A program made the translations under genes and the position numbers. This document shows positions 51,996 through 64,000 of a stretch of DNA of 64,000 nucleotides, in pieces. Origin of the DNA: Haliotis rufescens (Eukaryota); contig NW_025963824.1 in NCBI RefSeq assembly GCF_023055435.1, positions 2,728,001 to 2,792,000 on the forward strand. Reading direction: 5' to 3'. The notes beneath the pieces are model-generated. The model was given only the letters and a program-made list of their open reading frames with translations, did no database searches and had not been told where the DNA came from. Positions within the stretch are counted from its first letter, which is position 1. Each line of letters starts with the position of its first letter.

Positions 51996-53224
51996 GTACA
52001 CACCCTTTATGTAATAATTCAGTTGAAATATCAAACCTCATGCTATCTAATTTCTCAACAATCACTGCGGTACTAGTAGATCTAGAGGTCTAATATGTTA
52101 TTTGAATGTTTTTGAGTCCATTACAATATACATCAAACACACAACTGATGCAAAATGCTGTTTTGTTTATGATTGTAAATGCTCAATAGGTTGCAATAAG
52201 ATAAATAGAATCAACGTATCAATTTAGTTAGTTTCTGACATCTATCTGGATATGTCAAAAGGTCAATATTTTCTACTCGACTTCAAATACAACACGCAAA
52301 GTTATTCAAACTCAAGCCTTCATCCTTGAGTAAAACAAATAAATAAGAAGTTTAGGTTAATGGTGTGTAAACAATGAATGATTCTTTACCAGATCTCAGT
52401 AGGATTTGTATTAAGTCTGTTCAGCTACCAGAAACTGCACTGAGAGTTACCGGGTGGTCATGGATATTTGAAATTGAAATCACAACAGAACGGCCAGACT
52501 CATTTGCTAAATTTTTATCAGTAAGGAGACCAGATAAAAGTAGAATATTTTGTCAATGATAAGAATAAGAATAATATTCAATACTTACGATAAATGTTGC
52601 CGTGATAGTACCGGAGTGGTTAAATTTTCAAAGTTTGTCCCGATTTGGTGCCTTTTGACATCTCCATGTGTTTCATTTGCTATCCAGCCTTCACCTTCTG
52701 CTCTCCAAGCCTCCCTTTCAAACCGGAAGTAGCGAAGTGTGAGAAAGGTCAATATGGAGTCTTTGTATGGCGGCCACATTCAACGGCAAGTCTGATGTGA
52801 TTATATCGACACATGGTTAATATGTTAAGAGAGAAGATCACAAGTTAAATAGGTTTCTACATTGAGTAAAGATTTAAACTGAGAATACTTATTACAATTA
52901 GGAGGGAGTGATGCCAATGTTGAAAGAAGCAGTCATCAAATCTCTGTTTGAAAATTACCATAAATGAAGATATGCAACCATAGTCATGGGACAGCCATAT
53001 CCAAAACCAAATCGAAATAAAATATTTCTCACATGAGATGCCCAAGTATTTTACCATTATCATCAAGAGTTTTAATCCTTTTATATGCCTGATCGGGAAG
53101 TCTATGCTGTGGTACTATGGTCAGTCTGCACCAGGACTTAACTGTCCTGGATGTACATGTATACCGTATTCGACGTAATAAGCACCCCGCTCTAATAAGC
53201 GCCCACGGCGATATTTGCTAATAT

Positions 53225-55592
53225 ATATATAAATAACCTTTTATTCCCCCGTAAAGAAGAGTACAAAAAAAGCAGAAAATAATAGATGAACATTTATCAG
53301 AACAACATATTATTTTGCATTAAATATGCAGAATGGTAATGCTGATGTATTGAGAGTAAGTTGAACACCATTTTATACATTGGCTTGACATATTTAACAC
53401 TCACTCGTGCAAAGTCATCAGCATCTTTGTCACATAGTCTGTAATCTGTTCTACAAGACAACATGCATTCAGTGAGCCTTGCTGAGTCCATACCATGCAG
53501 GTAGCAGCCAAAGTCAACATCACCGATATTGATCAACTCCATCCAGAGCTGATCCCGAATATCACATGTACATTCACACTCAACAACTGTATGTGTCACT
53601 GGATCACGATACACAAGACCACATTTGTGGCACAGTCCTGTATCAGACATGTCCTTTGCGGTGGCACACGTCCTTATCACAAAGTTAGAGTTCAGTCTCA
53701 GAGTTGGGTCGTCTAAGGAGATCTGCCAGGCTGGATGGACATCATATAGTCGATGGATTCGACTAAACATCTGGAGTTCTGGATCAGCAGCAAGTCTCTG
53801 CCTCCAGGCTGAGACGTGGTGAGATTTTAGTGCTTTACTCACTAATCGTTTCCATCTCTGTTTCCCTATGAAGATACCATTCCGCAAGAACGACAGCAGA
53901 GGATCCATGAGATTGTATTTGGATAACAATCTGATGACGTCTGGAACAAATCCTGATGATGAGGTTGTCAGTTGGTGAATGCAACAGCTGATGAGGCAGG
54001 AACTTCGGGTTCATGTTGATCATGCGCTCCAGGAAATACAACTTTCTTTGATCTATATGGTATTCAATGGGTAGAACACCAAGAAGACGCAAGCAGACAT
54101 CAGTACGGGTCAGTCGCGGCAGGTCTTGGATTGATTTTATGACATATCTGAACGACCTGTCCAGCATCAGCAATTCTACCTTTGATAGATTTGACCACAG
54201 TTCAGATCCATACAGAGTTTTTGGGAGGTACATATTATTTACCACAATCAAGCTGGTTATAGGATTCAGGAACCTAGGATGAAAACCTCGTGAAATCAGC
54301 ATTCTTACCCCTGACCTGAGGTTGACTGAAGCTTGAGTAACATGTTCAAGGGATGACATGTTGCCAGAGAGTATCAAACTAACATGTCTGATGGTGTTCG
54401 TCCATGGAATGGGTTCACTGTACAGCTTCAGTTCAGATATGTGTTGAGTCCCCTTGCGGCAGGGGAATGATACAATCTCACTTTTGGAAGATGACAATAT
54501 GTATCGCCTGTCACAGCTATAGTCCTCAGCCGTTTTGAACATTAATTTCAATGTTGACACTCTTGTAGAAACAAGGGCTACATCATCGGCTTGCGTCGGA
54601 GAACAGGTATTCAAATCCATAACCACAGCACCAAGTCTCGACTTCGATAGTTTCTGGAGGAGGGCGTCAATGTACAAGAGGTACAACTTCCCCGACAACA
54701 CACCACCTTGTCTTATTCCCTGTTTCATGGATACGGGTCTAGAGCACATTGAGTCCACACACACACGGCTAACCATCTCTGTGTACATGTTGTTAAGCAC
54801 TAGCCACAGAGACCCCTTGATTCCAAACTCGAATATCTTGTACTTAAGACCACCATGCCACACCGTGTCAAATGCCTTACACGTATCTAAGAAGGCAACA
54901 TGGACATCTTCATTCTGCTCATGATAGTGGTGGATGGTCTCTTGTAAGTTGAATGATGTGTGAAGGGCAGGCAATCCGATCTGGTACGCCATTTGTTTAG
55001 GGTCGGGAGATTTGTCAGATTGATCTAACCAACCTTGGTAATAGCAGCGTTTCAAAGACCTTGCTCAGTACAGGCGACAGGGATATACCCGATAGGAGTT
55101 CGGATCATTCATGGATTTAGTCCCACCTTTGAACAGAGGGACGATTATGCTTTCCCGCCAGGCTTCAGGGATATATCCAGTTTCTAGGATGATGTTGAAC
55201 AAGGATGATAAATGAAACATCAGGGTCTTCCCACCTATTTGATATGTTCATACACAATAGAGTCGGCTCCACCGGCTTTGTAGTTTTCGTTGCCAACAGA
55301 AGAGTATACGTGTTCAAAGTGATTTGCCCAAGCGTCTAGTATTGATTCAGGTTCACATTGTACATATCCGTTAGATATAATGGGGCTGAGTTTTGATTTT
55401 GATGTACTCGTTGATGATCACACTCTGTTCCAGAATGTTTTTATATTCATTTCATGAGACTGTTCCAGGTCATGGAATGTCTGTGTTACGTGTTGTTTAC
55501 TAGCTATTCGCATCTGTGCCCGGAACTCTGATTTTGAAGCTTTATATTCTCTATACGTTGGATAGCCATTACCTCTTGGTTGACCTCCTTCT
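53225..55592 (-). mobile_element. 5'-truncated, frameshifted non-LTR retrotransposon (RT + C-terminal Cys/His knuckle); possibly RTE/RTEX-like
   Basis: FLDTCKAFDTVWH, QGIRQGGVLSG, QADD, C-x2-C...H-x4-C motifs; 3' AATAAA + (TA)n tail; flanked by a ~125-bp direct repeat. Confidence 0.9.
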
Positions 55593-55660
55593 GGTCGTCT
55601 ATGCTGTGGTACTATGGTCAGTCTGCACCAGGACTTAACTGTCCTGGATGTACATGTATA

Positions 55661-55985
55661 CCGTATTCGACGTAATAAGCACCCCGCTCTAATAAGCGCC
55701 CACGGCGGTATTTGCTAATATATTGGCTAGTGAACGATCCCAATTGGCGCCTCTTCCGATTGATCAATGTACACAAGACTTATTTTTTCGCGAATAATTC
55801 GCACTCGTGTGTTACATGCACCCTTAATTATTGGCAATTAAATTCTGGAAAAATATATCTGTCGTACATAAACATTTCAGGCTGTCAGCATAAAACAACC
55901 AAATTTATCTTTTAATAATATTCTGATAAGAGCCCCCTTTGTCTAATTTTGAGAGCGCCCTGGGCGTTTATTAAGTCGAATACGG
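55661..55985. mobile_element. pogo/Tigger-like MITE, full copy
   Basis: TIR ccgtattcgacgtaataa / ttattaagtcgaatacgg, TA TSD. Confidence 0.85.
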
Positions 55986-56308
55986 TAATGGTATTGCAGT
56001 GAGACTCTGCCACACCCTCCCAGGACCATGTTGTTATTGGTATTCTTGTTTACTCTCAGAAATGATTTACAGAACTTCGTGTGCACACTCTCGATGATGT
56101 GACGGTAAGCGGTTCCCCATATCTCAGATCCACAGCCCAGAATTGTGATCACATAAAAAATGTTAAAAGATCATTGTGACGAATATATCCAAAACGTTTC
56201 TGGTAGTTGTTAATTGAGAATACTGCTTTTCTCGCTTGTGCTGCTAAACATGTTTGAGCCTTTGTCCATGACAATATAGGTGATGTTCAAATGACACTGG
56301 ACTGGCCT

Positions 56309-56411
56309 GGGCCCCGTTCCACAAAGCGATTGTAGCGCTAAGCTTTTAAGACGATCGTAACTCCACTACAAGACTGTCGTAGTGCTACGATTGCTTTGTG
56401 AAACGGGACCC
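56309..56411. mobile_element. Short palindromic MITE
   Basis: gggccccgttccacaaagcgat ... attgctttgtgaaacgggaccc. Confidence 0.6.
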
Positions 56412-57517
56412 TGGCACTGTGTAGAAAGTGACGGAAGCTGATTAGGGTGCGTTCCTGTCTCACATTTCATCTCACATTACATCGAGACCTGCTTTCGTGT
56501 GAAAATCACTTTTCACCCTGGATTCCTAGCCTAGGCCCATCTCGGAAGCTTGACTGACCACTGTTTGTCATTTCCACTGCTCTCACATTTTATACTGCCA
56601 TGGAAAATTGCACTGCCACTCTATTGTGTACTGCAAGTGTAATTGCTGTGCGGTAATGTGTATTTATCATATAATGGGTAGGTTTCTTGGCAGGATAAAG
56701 CCTACGGATAAAAACGATATCCGTCGGGGTCATATGCGGATAGATATGCAAAAATCAAAGGTCAAGTAGGGTCAGAATTAACTATCGGGATTCTGGATAA
56801 ACTACAGAGATAATTGCCATCAACATTAAAAGAACAGTCTAATATACTTAAAATCAGTGTCTAACGTCGCTAAGGCATTTTATAAGTTTTGGCAATTTTG
56901 GAAATATAAATTTCGAAACAATTTTGCGAGGGAACTATAGGCCTAGCCAAGCGGGATTTGTAGCCATATCGGTGCTTGAGGACCTCTGCGGCTTGAAACC
57001 TTTTCCACAAATTAAAATAGTTGGATTTGGCCGAAATATGTTTGAATGTGTGTACATCCGATTGCACTTCTTAACGTAATGACAGGACAGACCGATTGTC
57101 AACAACGTCTGACCGTGGCCGTGGCGTCCCATAGACTAGGGTAAGAGTAGCTTCCCTTTGACAGACCGATGGATTGCCGCGAAATGCAAGTAAAAACAAT
57201 TGTTGTTTTGCGTATATGTTTCTTCGCCACTGTATAAGAAACAGATTTCAGTTGGTACTATATTGAGTACTGTCACTGTCCGACTGACATATCACTTACC
57301 CTGTGACGTAATACATATTAATGCGCGCATTCCAGGAAAACTCGCAATGTTTAGGTAATGTTTGTGAGAGAGGGAAAGCGATTTTCAAGCACAGAATTAT
57401 AGAATTACATTATATGATAAAGAGGTTATCACGCGAGTGTGTTTTGGGATGGTAAATATCCTGCATTAGGAATAAACATTGTATTTAGCGAGCCTTGATT
57501 TGTAAACCTAGTTAACT

Positions 57518-57740
57518 GTGAAGATCCGGGTTAGAATTGGTCTTCAGCAACCTATGATTATCGTAGGATACGACTAACAGGATCGGGTGTTCTGGCTCGC
57601 CGACTTGGTTGATGTCGCTGTATCCTATTTGCGTAGATCGATGCTCATGATGTCAGTCACTGGATTGTCTGGCCCAGACTCGATTCAGACTGTCGACATA
57701 TTGTTAAGTGCAGCATAAAACAACAAACAACAAATAAACA
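57518..57740 (+). mobile_element. SINE-like family D element; an opposite-strand partial copy lies at 57900-58065
   Basis: gaagatccgggttagaattggtcttcagcaacc...; repeated several times in the window; (CAAA)-rich tail. Confidence 0.7.
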
Positions 57741-58553
57741 TACTGTGACGCAAGGATAGGGGAGTCGCGCGATATTCCCCGCCAGCAGGAAGTAGGCAGA
57801 CGGGATGGGGAAAGGGACAATGCAGATATTCTACGTACGCATCCTGTAGTCTGCATTCGACGCCCGGGAACACGGAGCAGATCCCACTGCAGTCGGGATA
57901 CCTCGACTCACATCGATCCACCCAACTGGGATCCATGTCATGCATTAACCAGGTTAGCGAGCCTGACCACCCGATCCCGTCAGTCGCCTCTTACGACAAG
58001 CATAGTTGCCTTTTAGGGCAAGCATGGGTTGCTGAAGACCCATTCTACCCCGAATCTTCACAGGTCTTTTCCAGGAATAGTTTGTTTCTTTGTTGAATCT
58101 CTTTTTCTGAGAAGGAAGCCTTACATTAAGTATCCCTTAAATTTAATTATGTGATCGTTTGTTTTCCGATACACCCTACGCTAGTGAGCCTCCTCTACAA
58201 GCATTGATCAGCATCGTAACGTTGGACGAAGACAGATGCGTGTACTTAATGTCAGGTTTACTGATAAGCTGGCCGGTCATCCGTTTTGCTCCTTGCGATG
58301 GTACGCAATTTAACCATCAATTAAAATTCACAAATATACTATGTTTTAAAGCTGTGGTAGGTTAAACGTACTTTGAATGATGTGGTCCGACATATCCTGT
58401 CAGGAGGTAAATTTTACACTATTTTAACCCCCTTTGAGGATACAGCCACTAACCATCTAAGTTACATATTGAAGACTACCGATGCTTTAAAAAAAAAGTA
58501 AATGATCAATAATTTGAATTTCTCTTGTCGACGGATATATTTAAAATGTTTTA

Positions 58554-58836
58554 GGGGGCACGGGTGGCCCAGTCGTCTAAGGCGCCGCAATTCGCTGTGC
58601 AGAGTTGCGCCCCTTGGGCACGCCAGAAACCTATGATTGTGGGTTCGAATCCCGGTTCGCTCCGATTATGTTTCTAGGTTTGTCAGCACCATACCCGTGC
58701 TCGTGGGTTTCACCGAAGTGGTAAACGTCTAAGACCTGCATCACTTCGGGCTTTCCTCCACATTAAGCTGACACGCCGCTATATAACTGGAATACTGTTA
58801 AAAGCGGCGTTAAACCCAACTCACTCACTCATTCAC
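58554..58836 (+). mobile_element. SINE family A, full copy
   Basis: A box GTGGCCCAGTCGTCTAAGG, B box GGTTCGAATCC, (actc)n tail, TSD taaaatgtttta. Confidence 0.88.
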
Positions 58837-58959
58837 TAAAATGTTTTACTATTTCACGAGTTATCTTTGTTTCCTATTACGTGCGCTTCATCTCCCACTC
58901 TTACACCTGGTTGACTTCCAGCGGTATCTCGTGCAGTCACACACCTAGGGGTGTGACGT

Positions 58960-59576
58960 GGTGAGGTGAGGTGAAATTGGGTTTAACGTCGCGTCCAAGA
59001 TTATTGCGCTTATATAGCGACGTGCATGTACGTGTGTGTGTTTGTACTAGTCCGGACTGATGTCGATTTATAGTGCTAGCTCACTGAGATACCATGCCGC
59101 AGTTTAACATGAATACCCTACTCAGACACAGTATACTGACTCCGAGCCGACCAGTCCTTGTTTTAGCCCCTTAATGTCGAGCGCCAGACAGGGTAACAAC
59201 AAGTACCATCTTTTAACGTCTTTTGGTATGACGCGGCCGGGGATCGAACCCCGGACCTTCCGCTCTCCGGGCGGACGCTCTACCACTAGACCACGGAGGC
59301 GGTCTCCGGGCGGACGCTCTATCACCAGACCACGGAGGCGGTCTCCGGGCGGACGCTCTATCACTAGACCACGGAGGCGGTCTCCGGGCGGACGCTCTAT
59401 CACCAGACCACGGAGGCGGTCTCCGGGCGGACGCTCTATCACTAGACAACGGAGGCGGTCTCCGGGCGGACGCTCTATCACCAGACCACGGAGGCGGTCT
59501 CCGGGCGGACGCTCTATCACTAGACCACTGAGGCGGTCTCCGGACGGACGCTCTGCCACTAGATCACGGAGGCGGC
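58960..59576 (-). mobile_element. SINE family B with 39-bp head unit amplified x8
   Basis: ccgggcggacgctctatcactagaccacggaggcggtct repeats; TSD gtgtgacgtg. Confidence 0.88.
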
Positions 59577-59812
59577 CTGTGTGACGTGAACACTTTCACA
59601 TGACACTTTTGGTCACGCCACAACCGAGGGAAGGCGTTCTCGCTCCCTCGACTGAACATCAATATCTGAAGATCAATATCTTGTACAGAGAATACATTGT
59701 TTGAACCACCTCACCGCCTCAGTCCACAAAATGACGCCCGAGCACGAGCGTCGACGCTTTAAAAAAATATAAATAAATGAGAACTAATACTATTTAAAAG
59801 ATCCCTACATGG

Positions 59813-60170
59813 TTTGAACCACCTCACCGCCTCAGTCCACAAAATGGCGCCCGAGCACGAACGTCGCTCTTTAAAAAATTAAAATAAATGAGAACTAATA
59901 CTATTAAATAGATCCTTAAGAGGTGATGATTTGAAATAGTTATTCCTTGTAATGAACAAATGAAAGCAGTCAAGCATGACATGCTTGACTGTGATTCTCT
60001 CATCACAAGGGATGCAGAACGGAGGATCCTCACATTTCAACAAATACTCATTGGTGTAACGAGAATGGCCAATATGGCATCGTCGTAACATGACCTCTTT
60101 GAATCTGGACTGACGACCCAAATAGGCGTAACCGATAGTTGGTTTGATTTGATGTCATTTATTCATACCT
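59813..60170 (-). mobile_element. I/Nimb-like LINE 3' fragment; 3' end duplicated at 59700-59812
   Basis: RCHIGHSRYTNEYLLKCEDPPFCIPCDERITVKHVMLDC is the C-terminal zinc-knuckle region of I-group elements. Confidence 0.72.
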
Positions 60171-60215
60171 ACGTGACACAGATAATTACAGGTTTGATAT
60201 GGATGTATTGGATTA

Positions 60216-60384
60216 GACTGACTGACTGAGTACGGTTTTACGCCGCTTTTAGCAATATTCCAACAATATCACGGCGGAGGACACCAGAAATTTGCTTCAC
60301 ACATTGTACCCATGTCGGGAATCGAACCCGGGTCTTCGGCGTGACGAGCGAACGCCTTGACCACTAGGCTACCCGACCGCCCCG
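60216..60384 (-). mobile_element. SINE family C copy
   Basis: Homologous to 39011-39177; TSD gtat(t/g)ggattaga. Confidence 0.85.
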
Positions 60385-60661
60385 TATGGGATTAGAAGGG
60401 GTGTCACGGACTTGTTAGCTGTAGCATCAGCCACTGTGTTACCAGTGATTCCAGTATGGCAGGGTAACCAACAAAAGATGATGTATTGGCCAGTAGCAAG
60501 TTGATGATGTCGTATTGGTCTGTAGCAATATTATCCAGTTCAACAATTTCGATTAAAAGTGGCACCAAAGAGACTATTACAAACTTCTGATATATTTTAG
60601 AGACGATACTATGTCATTAACTCCTGTTGTGAAAACAGAGCGGTAATCAGGTAATCTGGAT

Positions 60662-60826
60662 GAGTGAGTGAGTGAGTGAGTGAGTATGGTTTTAGCAATA
60701 TTCCAGCAATATCACGGCGGAGGACACCAGAAATGGGCTTCACACATTGTACCCATGTCGGGAATCGAACCCGGGTCTTTGGCGTGACGAGCGGGCACTT
60801 TAACCACTGGTCTACCCGACCGCCCC
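60662..60826 (-). mobile_element. SINE family C copy
   Basis: TSD gtaatctggatgag. Confidence 0.85.
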
Positions 60827-60970
60827 GTAATCTGGATGAGATAGTCCTTGATCCAATGACAGTGATTTGTAAGTACGTGTATCATAATCCATTATATTTT
60901 TTTGTTGATGAATAAGTTGATATGTTTCAGATTTCTTTGGTTAAGTTAATGTCAGGTCTAATGTGTGTGT

Positions 60971-61150
60971 GGGGCGGTCGGGTAGCCTAGTGGTTAAAGC
61001 GTTCGCTCGTCACGCCGAAGACCCGGGTTCGATTCCCGACATCGGTTCAATGTGTGAATCCCATTTCTGGTGTCCCCCGTCGTGATATTGCTGTAATATT
61101 GCTAAAAGCAGTGTTAAACCATACTCACTCACTCACTCACTCACTCACTC
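60971..61150 (+). mobile_element. SINE family C copy
   Basis: Intact tRNA-like head (GTC in the anticodon-like loop), (actc)n tail. Confidence 0.85.
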
Positions 61151-61469
61151 TACCTGTTGCGTTAGTCTACATTCGGGGAGTTTTGAGGGGGCGTGTGGGG
61201 ACTACTTTTCGTGGCGCGTCAGAGGCAGAAGCATAGTCCCGTGCAGTGCCACGTTTCGGCATGTGTCATGTGTTCTTGAGTGTCTCGTCAGAGGGGCGGA
61301 TGGGTGTGTTTATGACGGGTGCCTGGTTGTCGTTGCTGTGTGGTGGAGAGGACGCATTCTTGTGCTATGGTAGAATCGTGCCTTTGACTCTGCTTTTGGC
61401 GGGTTTCCTTTGGCTGCGTGGTGCTGAATGTTACAATGTAGTAACATAATGTCATGGCATACGTCTCCT

Positions 61470-62001
61470 CATCTTCCCGAGGCAAGGCAGTTAACTGACT
61501 ATAAAAGTCCAGTTTCCACCCTTGCCGAACTAGGCTGCAATTATGGAGTTACAATTTGGCTGGACTAACGAGTCTGTGCACAGCCCGATCAAAAACCTAA
61601 ATAAAATGGATTTCCAGTGCAGATTTCGGTCGACTGCAGAATTTGCAAAGCATGTTTACCGCCAACTGGGCGTTGACAGATATTTTGCAAATCTCTTCCA
61701 TGCTTTTTAATCAAGGTGCTTATGTGATGTGATGCACTTCGCAGGGTTAGACCGGTTTTATTACAATATAGATCTTGATTACTGAGCAGATCGTCTTGAC
61801 TGGGCGCTGCCATTTTGTTTGAAGCAAATGCAAGTGATGTGATAGATGGAATCTAATTGGTCTATAGGAGGAACATAGAAGGGACATAACTCGTTGTAGC
61901 CACTGGAGACGCTACGATCGAGCCATGAACTTCCAGTCTAGTTTGGCAAGGGTGGAAACTGAACTTTTATAGTCAGTTATCTCCCTTGCCTCGGGAAGAA
62001 G
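61470..62001. mobile_element. Mutator (MULE)-like MITE
   Basis: ~65-bp imperfect TIRs; 9-bp TSD acgtctcct (61461-61469 / 62002-62010). Confidence 0.85.
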
Positions 62002-62475
62002 ACGTCTCCTTGGTATCAGTACTTAACAGTCTAGATTGTTCAGATGCCTGTTGCCTAGCAGCGATGCCAAGAAAGCCTTACGATTTCAGGGTAACACTAA
62101 CGGTTTAAAACGTATTTCAGGACATTGAATACACAATGATACCGGATCATCACGGGTCCATATATATATATATCAACAGCCTTGGATGCACATTCCATCA
62201 CACAATGTATAGTTTCTCTGTGAAATCTATGTATTCTCGACTGTCTCTATCTGGTCCACAGTCTTTCATCGTACCTGAGTAATACGTGCCTTGCTCACAG
62301 ATGATGTATTTGAGAATAGTGGCTTCCATGAGTACATTGTACGATTTCGACACTATAATAAGCATTGTGTTTCTGAATCCCAATTAAAATGGGACGATAC
62401 CAGGTGTCCGCGAATAGGGGAACGTTTCCTGCCCTACCGCTGGCAAATGCAAAGTCAATTATTTACCTGAGGCGA

Positions 62476-62821
62476 CGTGAGGTGAAATTGGGTTTAACGT
62501 CGCGTCCAAGATTATTGCACTTATATAGCGACGTGCGTGCACGTGTGTGTGTGTGGCTGCTTGTACTAGTCCGGACTGATGCCGATTTATAGTGCTAGCT
62601 CACTGAGATACCATGCCGCAGTTTAATATGAATACCCCACTCAGACACAGTATACTGACTCCGAGCCGACCAGTCCTTGTTTTAGCCCCTTAATGTCGAG
62701 CGCCAGACAGGGTAACAACAAGTACCATCTTTTAACGTCTTTTGGTATGACGCGGCCGGAGATCGAACCCCGGACCTTCCGCTCTCCGGGCGGACGCTCT
62801 ACCACTAGACCACGGAGGCGG
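62476..62821 (-). mobile_element. SINE family B copy
   Basis: A/B boxes; TSD tatttacctga. Confidence 0.87.
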
Positions 62822-62989
62822 CTATTTACCTGAAAACAAACCACGGGAACATATGGTACAAGTCAAAATGGGAAATTGCATTTCCCAGATGTGTCAAATT
62901 TTGAAATGTATTTCACATGTCTTCCATAAAACTATGCACCTTACTGACTTAAGTTAGTATGTAGCGTGTGATGTTCATTTGGACTCAGG

Positions 62990-63355
62990 CCTCAAGAAAA
63001 AAATAGCTCACCAGTATATCAGTCTTATGATCTCTACAAATACCGCCCCACACCATGACACCTCCCCCGCCGATTTGATGGACCTCTCGAATACACGCCG
63101 GAGCCAAACGTTCCAAACTCGTTCTCTGCCGTCATTTCGAAACAAGTTAAACCGCCTTTAATCAGTAAACAGCATTCGACGCCAATTTCTCACTTGCCAG
63201 CGTCGAACATGCCTCGCCCATCGCAGTCTCAGGCGTCGATGTTGAGCAGTCAGTACCATTCCTCGGAAAGGACGATACGCTCGGATTCCAGCAGCACGAA
63301 GTCGTCGTAGTACTGTACGTTGACTGATGGGATGTCCCAACACTGTTGTTTCCAC
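62990..63355 (-). mobile_element. Tc1 transposase relic
   Basis: ISQRTVLRRLRAAGIRAYRP...LTAQHRRLRLRWAR...W...WRRMLFTD* followed by RFNLFRNDGRERVW; in-frame stop. Confidence 0.85.
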
Positions 63356-63808
63356 TAGTTATCGCTGTTGTTAGGAAAATTACAAATTGCCAACCTATAC
63401 TTTCTTTTGCCGCTTAGTTTATATTGATAGTATTTCCTCGAGTTTCTTGTGTGGAATTGAAGTTCTTTTCTGAGATTGCAAACATTCAATCAAAGCCTTG
63501 GAACTTTTGAAAATCCACTAGTATATCATATCACATCAAATAACAAGTGACCACAGTCTTATTTTTATGACAGGTTGGGAGGAGTACATTTTAAATAATG
63601 GAATCTAGATCAAACAGACCAGTGATTGATATTATGAGCAACGACCTACACCACCCCGGTACAACGCCACGCTACATGTAACAGCTTGAATATATGGCTT
63701 ACTGCTGAATTGACTATGGTGGGATGACTTTATTTAAACAATGTATTTTTTCCTGGTTGTATCCAACAAAATATGTATTTACTGAGCACGATCCTTTCAT
63801 CTCCACAT

Positions 63809-64000
63809 GGGGGGCACGGGTGGCCCAGTCCTCTAAGGCGCCGCGATTCGCTGTGCAGAGTTGCGTCCCTTGGGCACGCCAGAAACCTATGATTGTGGGT
63901 TCGAATCCCGGTTCGCCCCGATTATGTTTCTAGGTTTGTCAGCACCATACCCGTGCTCATGGGTTTCACCAAAGTGGTAAACGTCTGAGACCTGCATCAC
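63809..64000 (+). mobile_element. SINE family A copy, cut by the window end
   Basis: Near-identical to 58554 onward. Confidence 0.85.

Larger units (their letters stand above)
52860..56290 (-). mobile_element. Old degenerate LINE split by a nested MITE and a younger LINE
   Basis: ILGCGSEIWG...IESVHTKFCKSFLRV..NTNNNMVLG.CGR at 55990-56150 continues as ...WASHVRNILFRFGFGY near 53000-53050; typical post-RT LINE sequence. Confidence 0.6.

Noticed and set aside
50300-52790. Possible exons of a second minus-strand gene (acceptor near 50430, donors near 52390 and 52588)
   Set aside because: No recognisable protein similarity, an in-frame stop in one piece and missing acceptors; cannot build a supported model without RNA data

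Overview
Animal genomic DNA, repeat-rich. The SINE, MITE and LINE repertoire suggests a marine invertebrate such as a gastropod mollusc (inference). The left half (1-38 kb) carries a minus-strand FER/FES-family non-receptor tyrosine kinase gene (F-BAR, SH2, kinase). I reconstructed 12 coding exons with GT-AG boundaries and consistent phases (2101 nt, about 700 codons); the gene continues beyond position 1. The most striking feature is that nearly every intron holds a different minisatellite anchored at a splice junction. In six cases the repeat unit is a copy of the exon/intron boundary itself: donors of four exons, the acceptor of one, and the acceptor plus ATG of the first coding exon. This gives up to about 78 tandem decoy splice sites per junction, and the innermost copy is the one that gives the continuous reading frame. 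The window also contains a miniature LTR retrotransposon whose LTRs embed a tRNA-Arg-like Pol III cassette (a full element with tRNA-Lys PBS and PPT, plus a solo LTR with a 4-bp TSD). Other elements: four SINE-like families, hAT-, MULE- and pogo-like MITEs, mariner and Tc1 relics, a LINE nested in a MITE nested in an older LINE with a ~125-bp target duplication, and one assembly gap (45573-45898).
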